From: Lobosporangium transversale
Taxonomy: Eukaryota
DNA: 64,000 nt
Direction of reading: 5' to 3'
NCBI RefSeq assembly: GCF_002105155.1
Contig: NW_019028982.1
Coordinates: forward strand, 992,001-1,056,000
The notes under the pieces are model-generated. The model was not told the DNA's origin, did no database searches, and saw only the letters and a program-made list of their open reading frames with translations. Positions 24,501-35,049 of the stretch are shown here, piece by piece. Position 1 is the stretch's first letter; each line of letters opens with the position of its first letter. Position numbers and translations under genes: made by a program.

Positions 24501-25832
24501 TTGTCTTGATCCCCGACCACTGAATAAACACCTCCCAGATGATAGTTTTCCTTTACCCCTTATCAATGATATTATTATTCGTCTTGCTGGGCATGCAATT
24601 TTCACAACCATTGATCTGTCGCAAGCATATCATCGCATGCCTATTAATCAGGCAGATCAGCCCTTAACAGCATTTATGCACCAGGGTAAACAATATATGT
24701 TTAAGAAGGCACCTTTTGGCCTGAAACCATTGTCCAGTCTATTTCAACGAGGTCTCGCATCCTTGGTGATCTTCCTTTCGTTTACAACTTCATTGATGAT
24801 ATTGTTATTTTTTCAAAGAACAGAGAAGAACACGCCGAACATGTACGCACTGTGATTACTCGCCTCAACGATGCCAAGTTAATCATCAACAGTGGTAAAT
24901 GTAATTTCCACAGTACGCAAATCTCATTGCTCGGCTTCATAATAGGCCTGCATGGTAAAAGCGTTGACCCCTCTAAATTCGCAAATATCGATGATTGGGA
25001 GCCTCCAACTACTGCCAAGCAAATTCAATCGTACTTAGGCACATTCGACTTTTTCCGCGAATATATACCACTCATTAGTGAAGTTGCTGCACCTTTGGAT
25101 GCTCTGAGATGTCGAACAGATATTTCCACACTGAATGACGACCAATTACAATCTTTCAATGCCTTAAAGCGTCTGCTTACTCATGCACCTGTCTTATCCT
25201 TTCCCGACTTTAGTCTACCATTCTATGTGGCAACTGATGCGTCTGATGTCGGAATTGGTGCGGTATTATACCAACTGCCCCGTGGCATGTCTTACCCAAA
25301 AAATATAAATTATATTTCTTTCATGGCCAGATCGCTCCATCAAAGCGAACGAAAATACAGCGCAACGAAAAAAGAGTTGTTAGCCATCGTTTTTGCACTC
25401 AACAAATTTCACCATGATCCGTGTACAGGTCAAAGCAGTGCTCCTATTCGAACTGAAATTTTGTCATTTATGACGTTTCAGATTAAAAAAATAAATATCA
25501 ATTGACAAAATTTCAGTTCGAATAGGAGCAACTGCTTTGACCTGTACACGGATCATGGTGCATTAATGTTTATTCACTCCCAACCTGATATGAATGCTAT
25601 GATGCCTAACTGGCAGGACGTAATACTACGATATTCATTTACGGTGCATTACCGACCAGGGGTGCTCAATGTTTTACCTGACGCTTTATCACGTCTATTC
25701 CCAGCACGCATGACTTTAAGACAACAAGCATTAGATGTGCATAATGAACCAATGTTAGCATACATTCATGCTATTCAAGATTCTGACAATCTACGAGACA
25801 TCGTGCCCGAAGGAAAACGGCAAGATATCTGA
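21591..25832 (+). pseudogene. gag-pol pseudogene: Gag with zinc knuckle, aspartic protease, RT, RNase H
   Basis: CAKCNARGHLASEC knuckle; ALVDTGAS protease; RT motifs LWRVCLDPRPLN, IDLSQAYH, APFGL and, after a frameshift at ~24750, VYNFIDDIV; RNase H TDASDVGIGAVL, KELLAIV, FDLYTDH. Frame change near 22243, insert at ~25410-25529, truncation before integrase. Confidence 0.92.
25440..25529. mobile_element. 90-bp MITE-like insert in RNase H
   Basis: 27-bp inverted ends GCTCCTATTCGAACTGAAATTTTGTCA / TGACAAAATTTCAGTTCGAATAGGAGC interrupt the LNKFH...FDLYTDH segment. Confidence 0.65.
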
Positions 25833-26136
25833 AAAATATTTGGATAGATAAGTAGTTATGGGGAACTAAAGTAAGTGAGAATAAGATGTCGGTCCATACA
25901 CCACATCCATGGGGTATTTATTCATTTCCTGGTAGAGGGACTTGTACCAAGTAACTACATATCTATCTATAAAGCGACATGGGCTTATTCAGGAACCCTC
26001 ATGTCAGTGTTTTATCGCGTCTTTATGTGACGCGTTAGAGTTATTGTACTGCTTGGAAATTTCCTACTGTGTTTTTTTATATTTTTCCTAGTTTTTAGCC
26101 GGGTCATTATTATTTTGCATATTGAAATATGCAACA
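25830..26136 (+). repeat. 3' LTR
   Basis: Direct repeat of 20760-21067, ending GCAACA. Confidence 0.85.
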
Positions 26137-26599
26137 CTCGTGAGTGGATTGTCCCAGACTCAGCTGAGTTAAGACAGCATACACTTCATGCTTCTACGGT
26201 TACTTTCCTACGAGGACAAGGCTTTTTTGATTAGGTCTCTCACAAACGCATTGCCTCGTCGATTTAATTCCCTGATCGCGTACCTTAAAAGCTCAATCCG
26301 ACTATAAACTCACTTTTCCCACACGAATAAAGAAAAGGGACAGGAATATATACTTTTGTATAGCTTACCTGCGTGTCCCTATTCAATCATTTCTTAAAAA
26401 ATAGTTAAAAGGCCATTGTAAGGTGTTCTAGAATCTAATCTCCATTGAAAGAGCCTTTCAAATCCTTACTGCAACTGTTTTTTTTTTTTTATATATAATA
26501 GCAGGTCCTCTCTCACCTTTTTTCTCTTCTTTTCTTCACACACAATACAACACTCCAAACAAAAACAGCTCACCAGATCTCTACTACCTATCCAACATC

Positions 26600-26914
26600 A
26601 TGAAGTTCTCCACCACTGCTGTCCTTTCCATGGCTGTTGCCGCCTTGGTTATGTTCGCTCCCAACTCAGTTGGTAAGATCCTTACAATTATCTATGTGCA
26701 TGTCTGTTTTTGTGTTTGCGTGCTGCATTTATGCACTGCTCGAGTATATTAAACACTTCATCTTGTTATATTGCATCTATCTGTTTAATTGGCTGATCTA
26801 GATGCCAATCCCTGTCGAGATAAATGCTTCTTATCCTTAAATCTCTGTCTCCAGAACCACCCTAAACCTTACTGCAATAATTTACTCAACTTGTGCTTGC
26901 TCGGCTGCAAGTGA
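26600..26914 (+). CDS. Small secreted cysteine-rich peptide precursor, copy 3 (61 aa)
   Basis: Exons 26600-26672 and 26802-26914; mature NPCRDKCFLSLNLCLQNHPKPYCNNLLNLCLLGCK. Confidence 0.88.
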
Positions 26915-27905
26915 TAGTAAAGATGTTGAAAGCAAAAATACGCATTATGAGCTACTCTTCTCATCATTAGGAAGTTCAATACTAAACGATGTGAGAGGTG
27001 TAAATAAATAAAAAGATATTTTGGCTTAACTTTGCAATATGACACATTCATTGAGCCTCTTATAAGAGGTACTGTACATAATAATGGGCGTAACCAACGC
27101 CAAAGTGCAAAGTAGCTGCTCGCCTATAGCATATTACAACCCTTTTAGAGACCCTATATGACCCTTTAGACGAATAGCTTAGTAAAATCATCGTTGCAGT
27201 AGATAGAAGTGAGAGTGAAAGTGAGGGAGTATTTGACAGGCACAGCATATTGAGACTGAAAGCAGCAGCGTTAGATTTGAGAATGCATTACTGCATGAAG
27301 CAGCTTGTTCTTGATGTTTTGGTCTCCACAAAGCTTGACTAAGAGTGTGATTTGGTTCGGCTTCTAACATAGTAGATCGAAGGTCCTGATCTGCTCTTGT
27401 TAGTGTCCTATATGCATCCTTCAAAGAAGGCGGACACAATGCAGTGGAAACAATAGGCTCTTGCCACTGAGCAGTGTCTGTGATATGCATGGTATAGACA
27501 ACTGAAGTCAAAGCTTGACGAAGCCTTTACTTTACTTATTTCTCTTTAATAGAATGAAATGGCAAGCGCCACCAAGCTTGGAGTTTGGGTAGGGCTACAT
27601 CTACGCTTCAACAGAGGATGTTCTCTTTGTTCCCTTGAAGCACCGTTAGGATGTATTCAACACAATGATTCAAGGATAGAAACACATTAGCGAGAACGCG
27701 CGAGCAGCGATGCCCTTGCAAATATGGGTGTGCAGTTGTAGCAATGATATGCACTACATCATATTATAACTGTCTGTTCTGTTGTAAAGCTGCTTTATTG
27801 TACTTTTGTGCATGCTACTTCCCTATTTCAAGTCCTACTCCACTTTTTTGTTCTTTTCTACAGCTTCGACGGAGGACTCAATGCTGGATCCAAATGTCAT
27901 TAATA

Positions 27906-28223
27906 TCAATGACAGCAGGTCAAACATTAAGCGCATTGGATTAGGGCAATTGTACACCAACAATGCATTCCTCGAAGAGTCATAAAAGGCTATTTCCCGA
28001 CCTGATCGATAGCCTTTGCAAGGCCAACTACATAAAATGCATCGAACAGAGCAAATGGCAGGTAAAGAGTGCTTAGCATACTTGAACAGTATACAAATGC
28101 AACATACACAAACACAAGTATAAACATGCACATGGATGGGCGTGAAAGCCTTACCTGCTACCGTAGGAGTGAACATAGCCAAGAAGGCAACATGAAAAAG
28201 ATAAAGATGCTTGAGAGCCTCAT
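27906..28223 (-). pseudogene. Direct copy of the 12117-12434 secreted-peptide pseudogene
   Basis: Same sequence at offset 15789. Confidence 0.75.
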
Positions 28224-28526
28224 GATGTGGAATGGATGGTAGAATTCTGAGAAGTCTTTATAAAAGAACAGAAAATAAAGGAATATACAACCTGGAGATA
28301 AAAAGCGCCTTATACATATGTATTGATGCTTGCATCTCTGAGCTCTTTAGAGTGGAGGATTGCTTAACGGATCATCTCCCATGATTCATCATCCATACTC
28401 TTACAGATTATCCCAGTTGTGCCGGAGACTAGAGATACCCATCAAATATAGGGCAGGAAGCTCTTGTTCTGATGAGAATACAATAAGGTTTTGGTATGCG
28501 CTGCCGGAAATAGTCGTGGTGACTAT

Positions 28527-30032
28527 CGCCTTATCCCTGAATTTGAAAATAAGATTTTTGCGACCAAAAATGGTCGCAATTTGGAAAAATTTAGGGTAGT
28601 TTTTTACATGTGTTTTGTACGCATAATAGAGACCTTGCGAAACATTTTTTGTTGTAGAAATAAAGGTTGCTCTTGTAGGCTGCAAAGACATTCTACAAAG
28701 GCAAAATGTAGAATTTTTACGTATAACATGGGTTTATACGTTAATTCATAAATTAGCCAACTTTTATTCTAACTTCGCTTCCAAATTGGAGAAATAGGCC
28801 ATCAATGGCACCAATTCTCTTTTGTTCTACGTTTTTTGTCAAAAAATGTAGAATGTCTCTTCTACAAGCATAAATATTTTCAAAAAGTCATTATAGCCAA
28901 AATTAGGTTTGATTTTTCGAATAAGGTTCCGAAACCCTACATTTGTGAGTTTCGCAAGGCCTCTAATATTATAGCTTATTTTTCTCAATGCAATTCTGCT
29001 TTGCTTTCAAGCAAAGAGGAGCCCTACATGTAGCGCATATCCATTCTGATCGTGAGGTGGACTTCATGCCTTCCTTAATACCCATAACCCTGCAGTTTTT
29101 ACATGCCATCCTACTCTTAACATCCTTCCTTCACTTTCTTTGGTTCTTATCGGGAAATGAAAGCCTGGTAGATGTCGACGAGGGCTTGGAAGAGAGTGCT
29201 TAGTAATATATGGGCCTTTTGATATCTTGAAAGTAGCCTCCAGAGACTCATTAGTTTCTACGTTTCTCTTTGAGTTCCTTTGCTCGATGACAACTTGAGA
29301 CTTAGCGATAAAAGTTGGTTTACAAGATTTAAACGAAATTGGCGATGTCCATCTTTTTTTTTTTTTTTTTTTTTTTTTGATCCTTTCCTAGTATACCATA
29401 GTATGTATGAATTGACGATACTTATATCTAATAGCCACAAGAAGAGTGGCATCCAAGAACGAATGGGCCTCATCTGCACACTAGTGTTGGCGAAGTCACC
29501 CGAAGTGATATATTGTGAAAGCAAAGTCGAGTTTCCATCGTGATTGCGGGTGATACTAACATCCATTTCCTCATCAAACAATGTGAGTTCACCTTCAAAG
29601 TATGAGGGCCAGAAACCTTTGAAGTCATCAAGTTGGGATTGATAGTCTTCATCATTAACATTGTATTGCAGATCCATCGTGTACTAGATAGAAGTTGAAG
29701 GGAAATAGCATAAAAGCCTAGCGGTATGGAAGCGTAGAAAAGTAGGGCTTTTATTGTTATTCTCTCTCAGTATGTCACCAAATGCCTCTGAAAGACATGA
29801 AGGCATAGTTTCAATTGAAATAAAAATAGATTAACCATTCTCATTCTCAAATGAATGAAGGAAAAAATAAGCTCATGGTTTGGTCGTCGTATAAGAACGT
29901 GCATGCTGAATGAATCATCATAATGAAATGCATTTCTTAATGCGCTCCCGTAATACCAGAGATCAAGTTCTTTTAATTTAGCTTAAGAATGGGGGGGTCG
30001 CAATTAGTAGAATGTTGTTTAACTGAGCACTT

Positions 30033-30067
<35 letters not shown>

Positions 30068-30107
30068 AAAAATTGCGACCATTTTTGGTCGCAATTAAGG
30101 ATAAGGG
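28527..30107 (-). mobile_element. Direct copy of the piggyBac-like relic
   Basis: Same sequence as 12738-14318; ORF 29258-29677 equals 13469-13888. Confidence 0.75.
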
Positions 30108-30296
30108 ATACAAGGCTGGGTCTCCTTTGATTTTGGATCGGGGACACTTCGCGTTTTAGGTTATGGAGTTCAGCTACCGTGGATATTGTACACGCCTCGA
30201 TTCTGTGATATTCCACCTCAAGAGATCGAATGCGGAGTTGAATCGTCAAAAGCTACAGGCTGAGCCAATAGTTCTCTATTCGTTTCACTTGAGCCT

Positions 30297-30568
30297 TATG
30301 TTCACTCCTACGGTAGCAGGTAAGGCTTTCACGCCCATCCATGTGCATGTTTATACTTGTGTTTGTGTATGTTGCATTTGTATACTGTTCAAGTATGCTA
30401 AGCACTCTTTACCTGCCATTTGCTCTGTTCGATGCATTTTATGTAGTTGGCCTTGCAAAGGCTATCGATCAGGTCGGGAAATAGCCTTTTATGACTCTTC
30501 GAGGAATGCATTGTTGGTGTACAATTGCCCTAATCCAATGCGCTTAATGTTTGACCTGCTGTCATTGA
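30297..30568 (+). pseudogene. 5'-truncated mirror copy of the secreted-peptide pseudogene
   Basis: Starts at the arm boundary inside exon 1; same intron and exon 2 as the minus-strand copy at 27906-28223. Confidence 0.7.
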
Positions 30569-31559
30569 TATTAATGACATTTGGATCCAGCATTGAGTCC
30601 TCCGTCGAAGCTGTAGAAAAGAACAAAAAAGTGGAGTAGGACTTGAAATAGGGAAGTAGCATGCACAAAAGTACAATAAAGCAGCTTTACAACAGAACAG
30701 ACAGTTATAATATGATGTAGTGCATATCATTGCTACAACTGCACACCCATATTTGCAAGGGCATCGCTGCTCGCGCGTTCTCGCTAATGTGTTTCTATCC
30801 TTGAATCATTGTGTTGAATACATCCTAACGGTGCTTCAAGGGAACAAAGAGAACATCCTCTGTTGAAGCGTAGATGTAGCCCTACCCAAACTCCAAGCTT
30901 GGTGGCGCTTGCCATTTCATTCTATTAAAGAGAAATAAGTAAAGTAAAGGCTTCGTCAAGCTTTGACTTCAGTTGTCTATACCATGCATATCACAGACAC
31001 TGCTCAGTGGCAAGAGCCTATTGTTTCCACTGCATTGTGTCCGCCTTCTTTGAAGGATGCATATAGGACACTAACAAGAGCAGATCAGGACCTTCGATCT
31101 ACTATGTTAGAAGCCGAACCAAATCACACTCTTAGTCAAGCTTTGTGGAGACCAAAACATCAAGAACAAGCTGCTTCATGCAGTAATGCATTCTCAAATC
31201 TAACGCTGCTGCTTTCAGTCTCAATATGCTGTGCCTGTCAAATACTCCCTCACTTTCACTCTCACTTCTATCTACTGCAACGATGATTTTACTAAGCTAT
31301 TCGTCTAAAGGGTCATATAGGGTCTCTAAAAGGGTTGTAATATGCTATAGGCGAGCAGCTACTTTGCACTTTGGCGTTGGTTACGCCCATTATTATGTAC
31401 AGTACCTCTTATAAGAGGCTCAATGAATGTGTCATATTGCAAAGTTAAGCCAAAATATCTTTTTATTTATTTACAACTCTTACATCGTTCAGTATTGAAC
31501 TTCCTAATGATGAGAAGAGTAGCTCATAATGCGTATTTTTGCTTTCAACATCTTTACTA

Positions 31560-31871
31560 TCACTGGCAGCCGAGCAAGCACAAGTTGAGTAAATTATTGC
31601 AGAAAGGTTTAGGGTGGGACCCGAGACAGAGATTTAAGGATATGAGGCAGTCATCTCGACAAGATGCATCTAGATCAGCCAATTAAACAGATAGATGCAA
31701 TATAACAAGATGAAGTGTTTAATATACTTGAACAGTGCATAAATGCAGCACGCAAACTCAAAAACAGACATGCACATAGATAATTGTAAGGATCTTACCA
31801 ACTGAGTTGGGAGCGAACATAACCAAGGCGGCAACAGCCATGGAAAGGACAGCAGTGGTGGAGAACTTCAT
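31560..31871 (-). CDS. Small secreted cysteine-rich peptide precursor, copy 4 (60 aa)
   Basis: Same exon 1 as the others; mature SCRDDCLISLNLCLGSHPKPFCNNLLNLCLLGCQ. Confidence 0.88.
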
Positions 31872-32795
31872 GATGTTGGATAGGTAGTAGAGATCTGGTG
31901 AGCTGTTTTTGTTTGGAGTGTTGTATTGTGTGTGAAGAAAAGAAGAGAAAAAAGGTGAGAGAGGACCTGCTATTATATATATAAAAAAAAAACAGTTGCA
32001 GTAACAATTTGAAAGGCTCTTTCAATGGAGATTAGATTCTACAACACCCTTACAATGGCCTTTTAACTATTTTTTAAGAAATGATTGAATAGGGGCACGC
32101 AGGTAAGCTATACAAAAGCATACATTCCTGTTCCTTTTCTTTATTCGTGTGGGGAAAGTGAGTTTATAGTAGAATTAAGCTTTTGAGATACGCGATCAGG
32201 GAATTAAATCGACGAAGCAATGAATTTGTGGGACACTCAATCAAAGAAATCTTGCTGCCATAACAAAAATATAAATTTTCTCAACATTTGGTTCTATGAA
32301 GCTGCAGTGATGCGTATATGTGAGATGGTTGACGGAAAGACTGTGTACTCATGTATCATATTACCAAACAGGCGAAGCTACTTTATCCATTTGGGATACT
32401 CGATCAAAGCATGTTGTTCACACTTGAAGCTATAAAATCGATACGATGGCATCCGATGGAACCTTTGCCTTGAATATTCATCTCATGCTTTACGTAGAGG
32501 GATATCATTAGTAAGAAGTTTGTGTGCTATCCTCATCTAGTACCACTAGATTGTTTCTAGCAACGAACCCAGCTGGATCAGAGTCTGAGGCAATGCATTC
32601 AATTAGAGACTGTGAACCTTGCATATTTTATTCCTCTGGTAGTTAGTACATGCATCTACCAGGCTGAAACTACGGTCCTCTCTCTCTACCAGGATAAGCC
32701 ATATCCGTCTGGAGAGGCCATAGAGGTTTTAGGCATGTGCCAAAAAAGCGCACATCAGTTCGGGAGGGATAGCGATCAAGCCTAATCGAGATCTT

Positions 32796-32988
32796 TATAT
32801 CCTCCAACTCGTTTGGTCAGTGATTCATATATTTTCTTTTCAAAAAACGATGATTGAATTGATTTGGTGGCTGATTTTGACATTTCACCCTCCGTGACGA
32901 ACTGGTGCCAAGGAAATAATTGGCTCCCAATTCAATCAAGATTATTCAAAAAATATATGAATCACTGACCAAATGGGACGGAGATATA
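32796..32988. mobile_element. ~190-bp MITE with Stowaway/Tc1-mariner-like ends
   Basis: TATATCCTCC...TTTGGTCAGTGATTCATATATTTT mirrors AAAATATATGAATCACTGACCAAATGGGACGGAGATATA; TA-rich flanks. Confidence 0.7.
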
Positions 32989-33046
32989 CTAATATTCAGA
33001 TGAATAAACTATATAAATGTAAGACTCATACTATCATATACATGTA

Positions 33047-34382
33047 CAGTCACCTGAAATAAAGTTTGGACAAAATGGATTTTCTTGATTTTTTTTTGAA
33101 CAACCTGGACAAACAGCTCATATGCAACATACATAAAGACTTCATCAATACACATGAAATTTTACATGCTCACTAAAGAGGTCAATACTGTTATTTATTG
33201 GGGTTTTGAAGACGGCATTGTTAGAGTAGCAAAAGTGCCATGTAGGTTCAATAGTGAGTGTTCCTACCATCGACCCCATTCACTTCTTCCAGCCTTTCGG
33301 GCATGGTAGCGACAAGGCTGGCCAGCCTCTCTTGCGGTAAATTATTCCACTCTTCGATAAGAGCCCGTGTGAGAGTGGGAAGATCTCTTGGCCCTTTAGC
33401 GCGCCTATCGAGTGCATCCGCAAGAAGTGACCATACATGTTCAATAGGGTTCAAATCTGGGGAGCATGAAGGCCAGTCTGGAATCCTCGGGATGCTGTTT
33501 TTTTCGCGCCATTCTTTTGCAATCTTACAAGTATGAACTGGAGCATTATCCTCCATAAGTATGCCATCCTCTACCTCAGCCATAAATCTGGCTAGCTCGC
33601 CTTGATATACATCTTCCACGAAACACCGTCCATCTTTACGACCTCTTTCAAATACAACCAACCGAGACTTTCTGGTTGCTGTGAACGCCCCCCAGACCAT
33701 CAGAGTTGTTCTACCACTTTTGAAAGTGGGTGCGAGGCAATCATGATCGTACTTTTCCTCTACTTTACGCCAAACTCTTATTTGACGAAAATGCTCACCA
33801 ACTTCAAATGATTATTCGTCAGTCCAAACTACCCGATTCCAGTCTTCCATGGACCAACTCATATATTTTTTGACAAACTGCAGCCTCCTTTTTATATGTC
33901 CTTCTTTTAAGAATGGTTTTTTTACTGCAATCCGGCTGAAAATACCCAGTGAATGCAATGCCTTCGCAACTGTCCTCTCGCAAACTTTGTTCGGCAATTG
34001 GTTAGTGATATCATTAAGAGTACACCTTCTATTCTGCTTAGTATGGCGAACGATGCTCCTGAGGTCCCGTTCACTTAGTACTTTGGGCCGTCCTGGGATC
34101 GGAGTGCAAGCAGTGGTGCCTCTTTCTTGGTACACCCTGATAATATTAATAACAGAGGTTCGGGGTACACCGCGTTGCAATGCGATTTCCGCAGCCTTCA
34201 TGCCCGCGAGGTGCATTCCAACGATGATACCTTTATTCTCAATGTCTAAGTGTCTCGCCATGGTGGTTTACTCAAGCTGTTTGTATGTGAAAAACAGAAA
34301 GGAAAGAGATTGAAGGAAACGCTTCCCTACGTAACTATTTCAATATTTTATTTTTTTGTCCAATCTTTGTTTTAGGTGACTG
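33047..34382 (-). mobile_element. Tc1/mariner element, 1336 bp, copy A
   Basis: TIRs CAGTCACCTGAAATAAAGTTTGGACAAAA / TTTTGTCCAATCTTTGTTTTAGGTGACTG; TA on both sides. Confidence 0.96.
33248..34261 (-). pseudogene. Tc1-like transposase with a premature stop
   Basis: Matches the 337-aa transposase except a TCA>TAA stop right after WTDE (33812) and an intact SPDLNPIE. Confidence 0.93.
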
Positions 34383-34803
34383 TACACTATCATTATTATT
34401 CAGATTGTGTATCACATAGTCTCAACATATTATCATCAGTAGAACCGTAGGGTCGATTATCTGTCCTTTCCATTCAGTAAATGTTTCAAGCATTTGATGC
34501 AATTGAGATGATCCTGTAAGAAGTATCGATGGTCAGTCATGGAAGATCGTCCAGAGTACTGCTGCATCAGTCGCTAAGCAATCCTCTACTTCAAAATCCA
34601 AAAAGAGAAGGGAGAAGAAACCTTTGACTTGTAGATAGCCATTGATTGCTCGATGATTCAAGTATAAGCGTACAGACAAGGTTTTTTTTTTCTTCTTCTA
34701 TAAAACCAGGCCCTTTCTCGTCTTTTTTTCTCTTCATTTCTTTACACACAGTATGACACTTCAAAGAAAAGCTCACTAGATCTCTACTATCTATCCCTAC
34801 ATC

Positions 34804-35049
34804 ATGAAGTTCTCTACCACTGCTGTCCTTTCCATGGCTGTTGCTGCCTTGATACATGATTCGAGTGTGCTACGCGCTTTGTCTCTGTCTGTTACCTATC
34901 TATTTGATTGGTTGATACAGATGGACACCGAAGCTGCACCATGACCTGCTATAATGCCTTTAATGAATACGTTGCTAACCCTTGGAAAGTTGGACGATAC
35001 AAAGATGTTCTCGGGAGGCTTGTTTGTTTGGAACTGCAATATGGATTAG
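34804..35049 (+). pseudogene. Decayed paralogue of the secreted Cys-rich peptide gene
   Basis: 5' UTR and MKFSTTAVLSMAVAAL nearly identical to the intact copies; donor and 5' part of intron deleted; acceptor region TTGATTGGTTGATACAG resembles TTAATTGGCTGATCTAG; exon 2 DGHRSCTMTCYNAFNEYVANPWKVGRYKDVL... has TAC near expected TGC positions and a frameshifted end. Confidence 0.8.

Larger units (their letters stand above)
20760..26136 (+). mobile_element. Degenerate Ty3/gypsy LTR retrotransposon lacking integrase
   Basis: Direct repeats TGAAAAATATT...ATGCAACA at 20760-21067 and 25830-26136 (about 5 differences); Gag, protease, RT and RNase H in between; coding sequence runs straight into the 3' LTR; no TSD or canonical PBS seen. 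Confidence 0.93.
26217..32254. repeat. Inner palindrome 2: arms 26217-28177 and 30297-32254, spacer 28178-30296
   Basis: Paired ORFs 27188-27511(-) and 30963-31286(+); the spacer is a direct copy of 12389-14507 (offset 15789). Confidence 0.95.
9891..32794. repeat. 22.9-kb palindrome: arms 9891-20694 and 21990-32794, spacer 20695-21989
   Basis: Paired ORFs and sequence give constant coordinate sums of 42684/42685 (10250-10465 with 32220-32435; 17829-20441 with 22243-24855). Ends AGATCTCGATTAGG / CCTAATCGAGATCT. Exception: the inner spacers are in direct orientation. Confidence 0.97.

Noticed and set aside
479..24855. Three ORFs of exactly 870 aa
   Set aside because: Two are mirror copies; the match with the first gene is coincidence, with no sequence similarity.
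16548..26136. Two independent head-to-head retrotransposon insertions
   Set aside because: Same lesions, same 3' flank and only one 5' LTR: one element mirrored by the palindrome.
16548..26136. DIRS-like element with inverted terminal repeats
   Set aside because: It has an aspartic protease, Ty3-type RT/RNase H and direct LTRs; no tyrosine recombinase is visible.
9891..32794. Pure sequencing fold-back artefact
   Set aside because: Not favoured: 1.3-kb unique spacer, different outer flanks, flipped inner spacer and clustered coding differences. Read-level confirmation is still needed.
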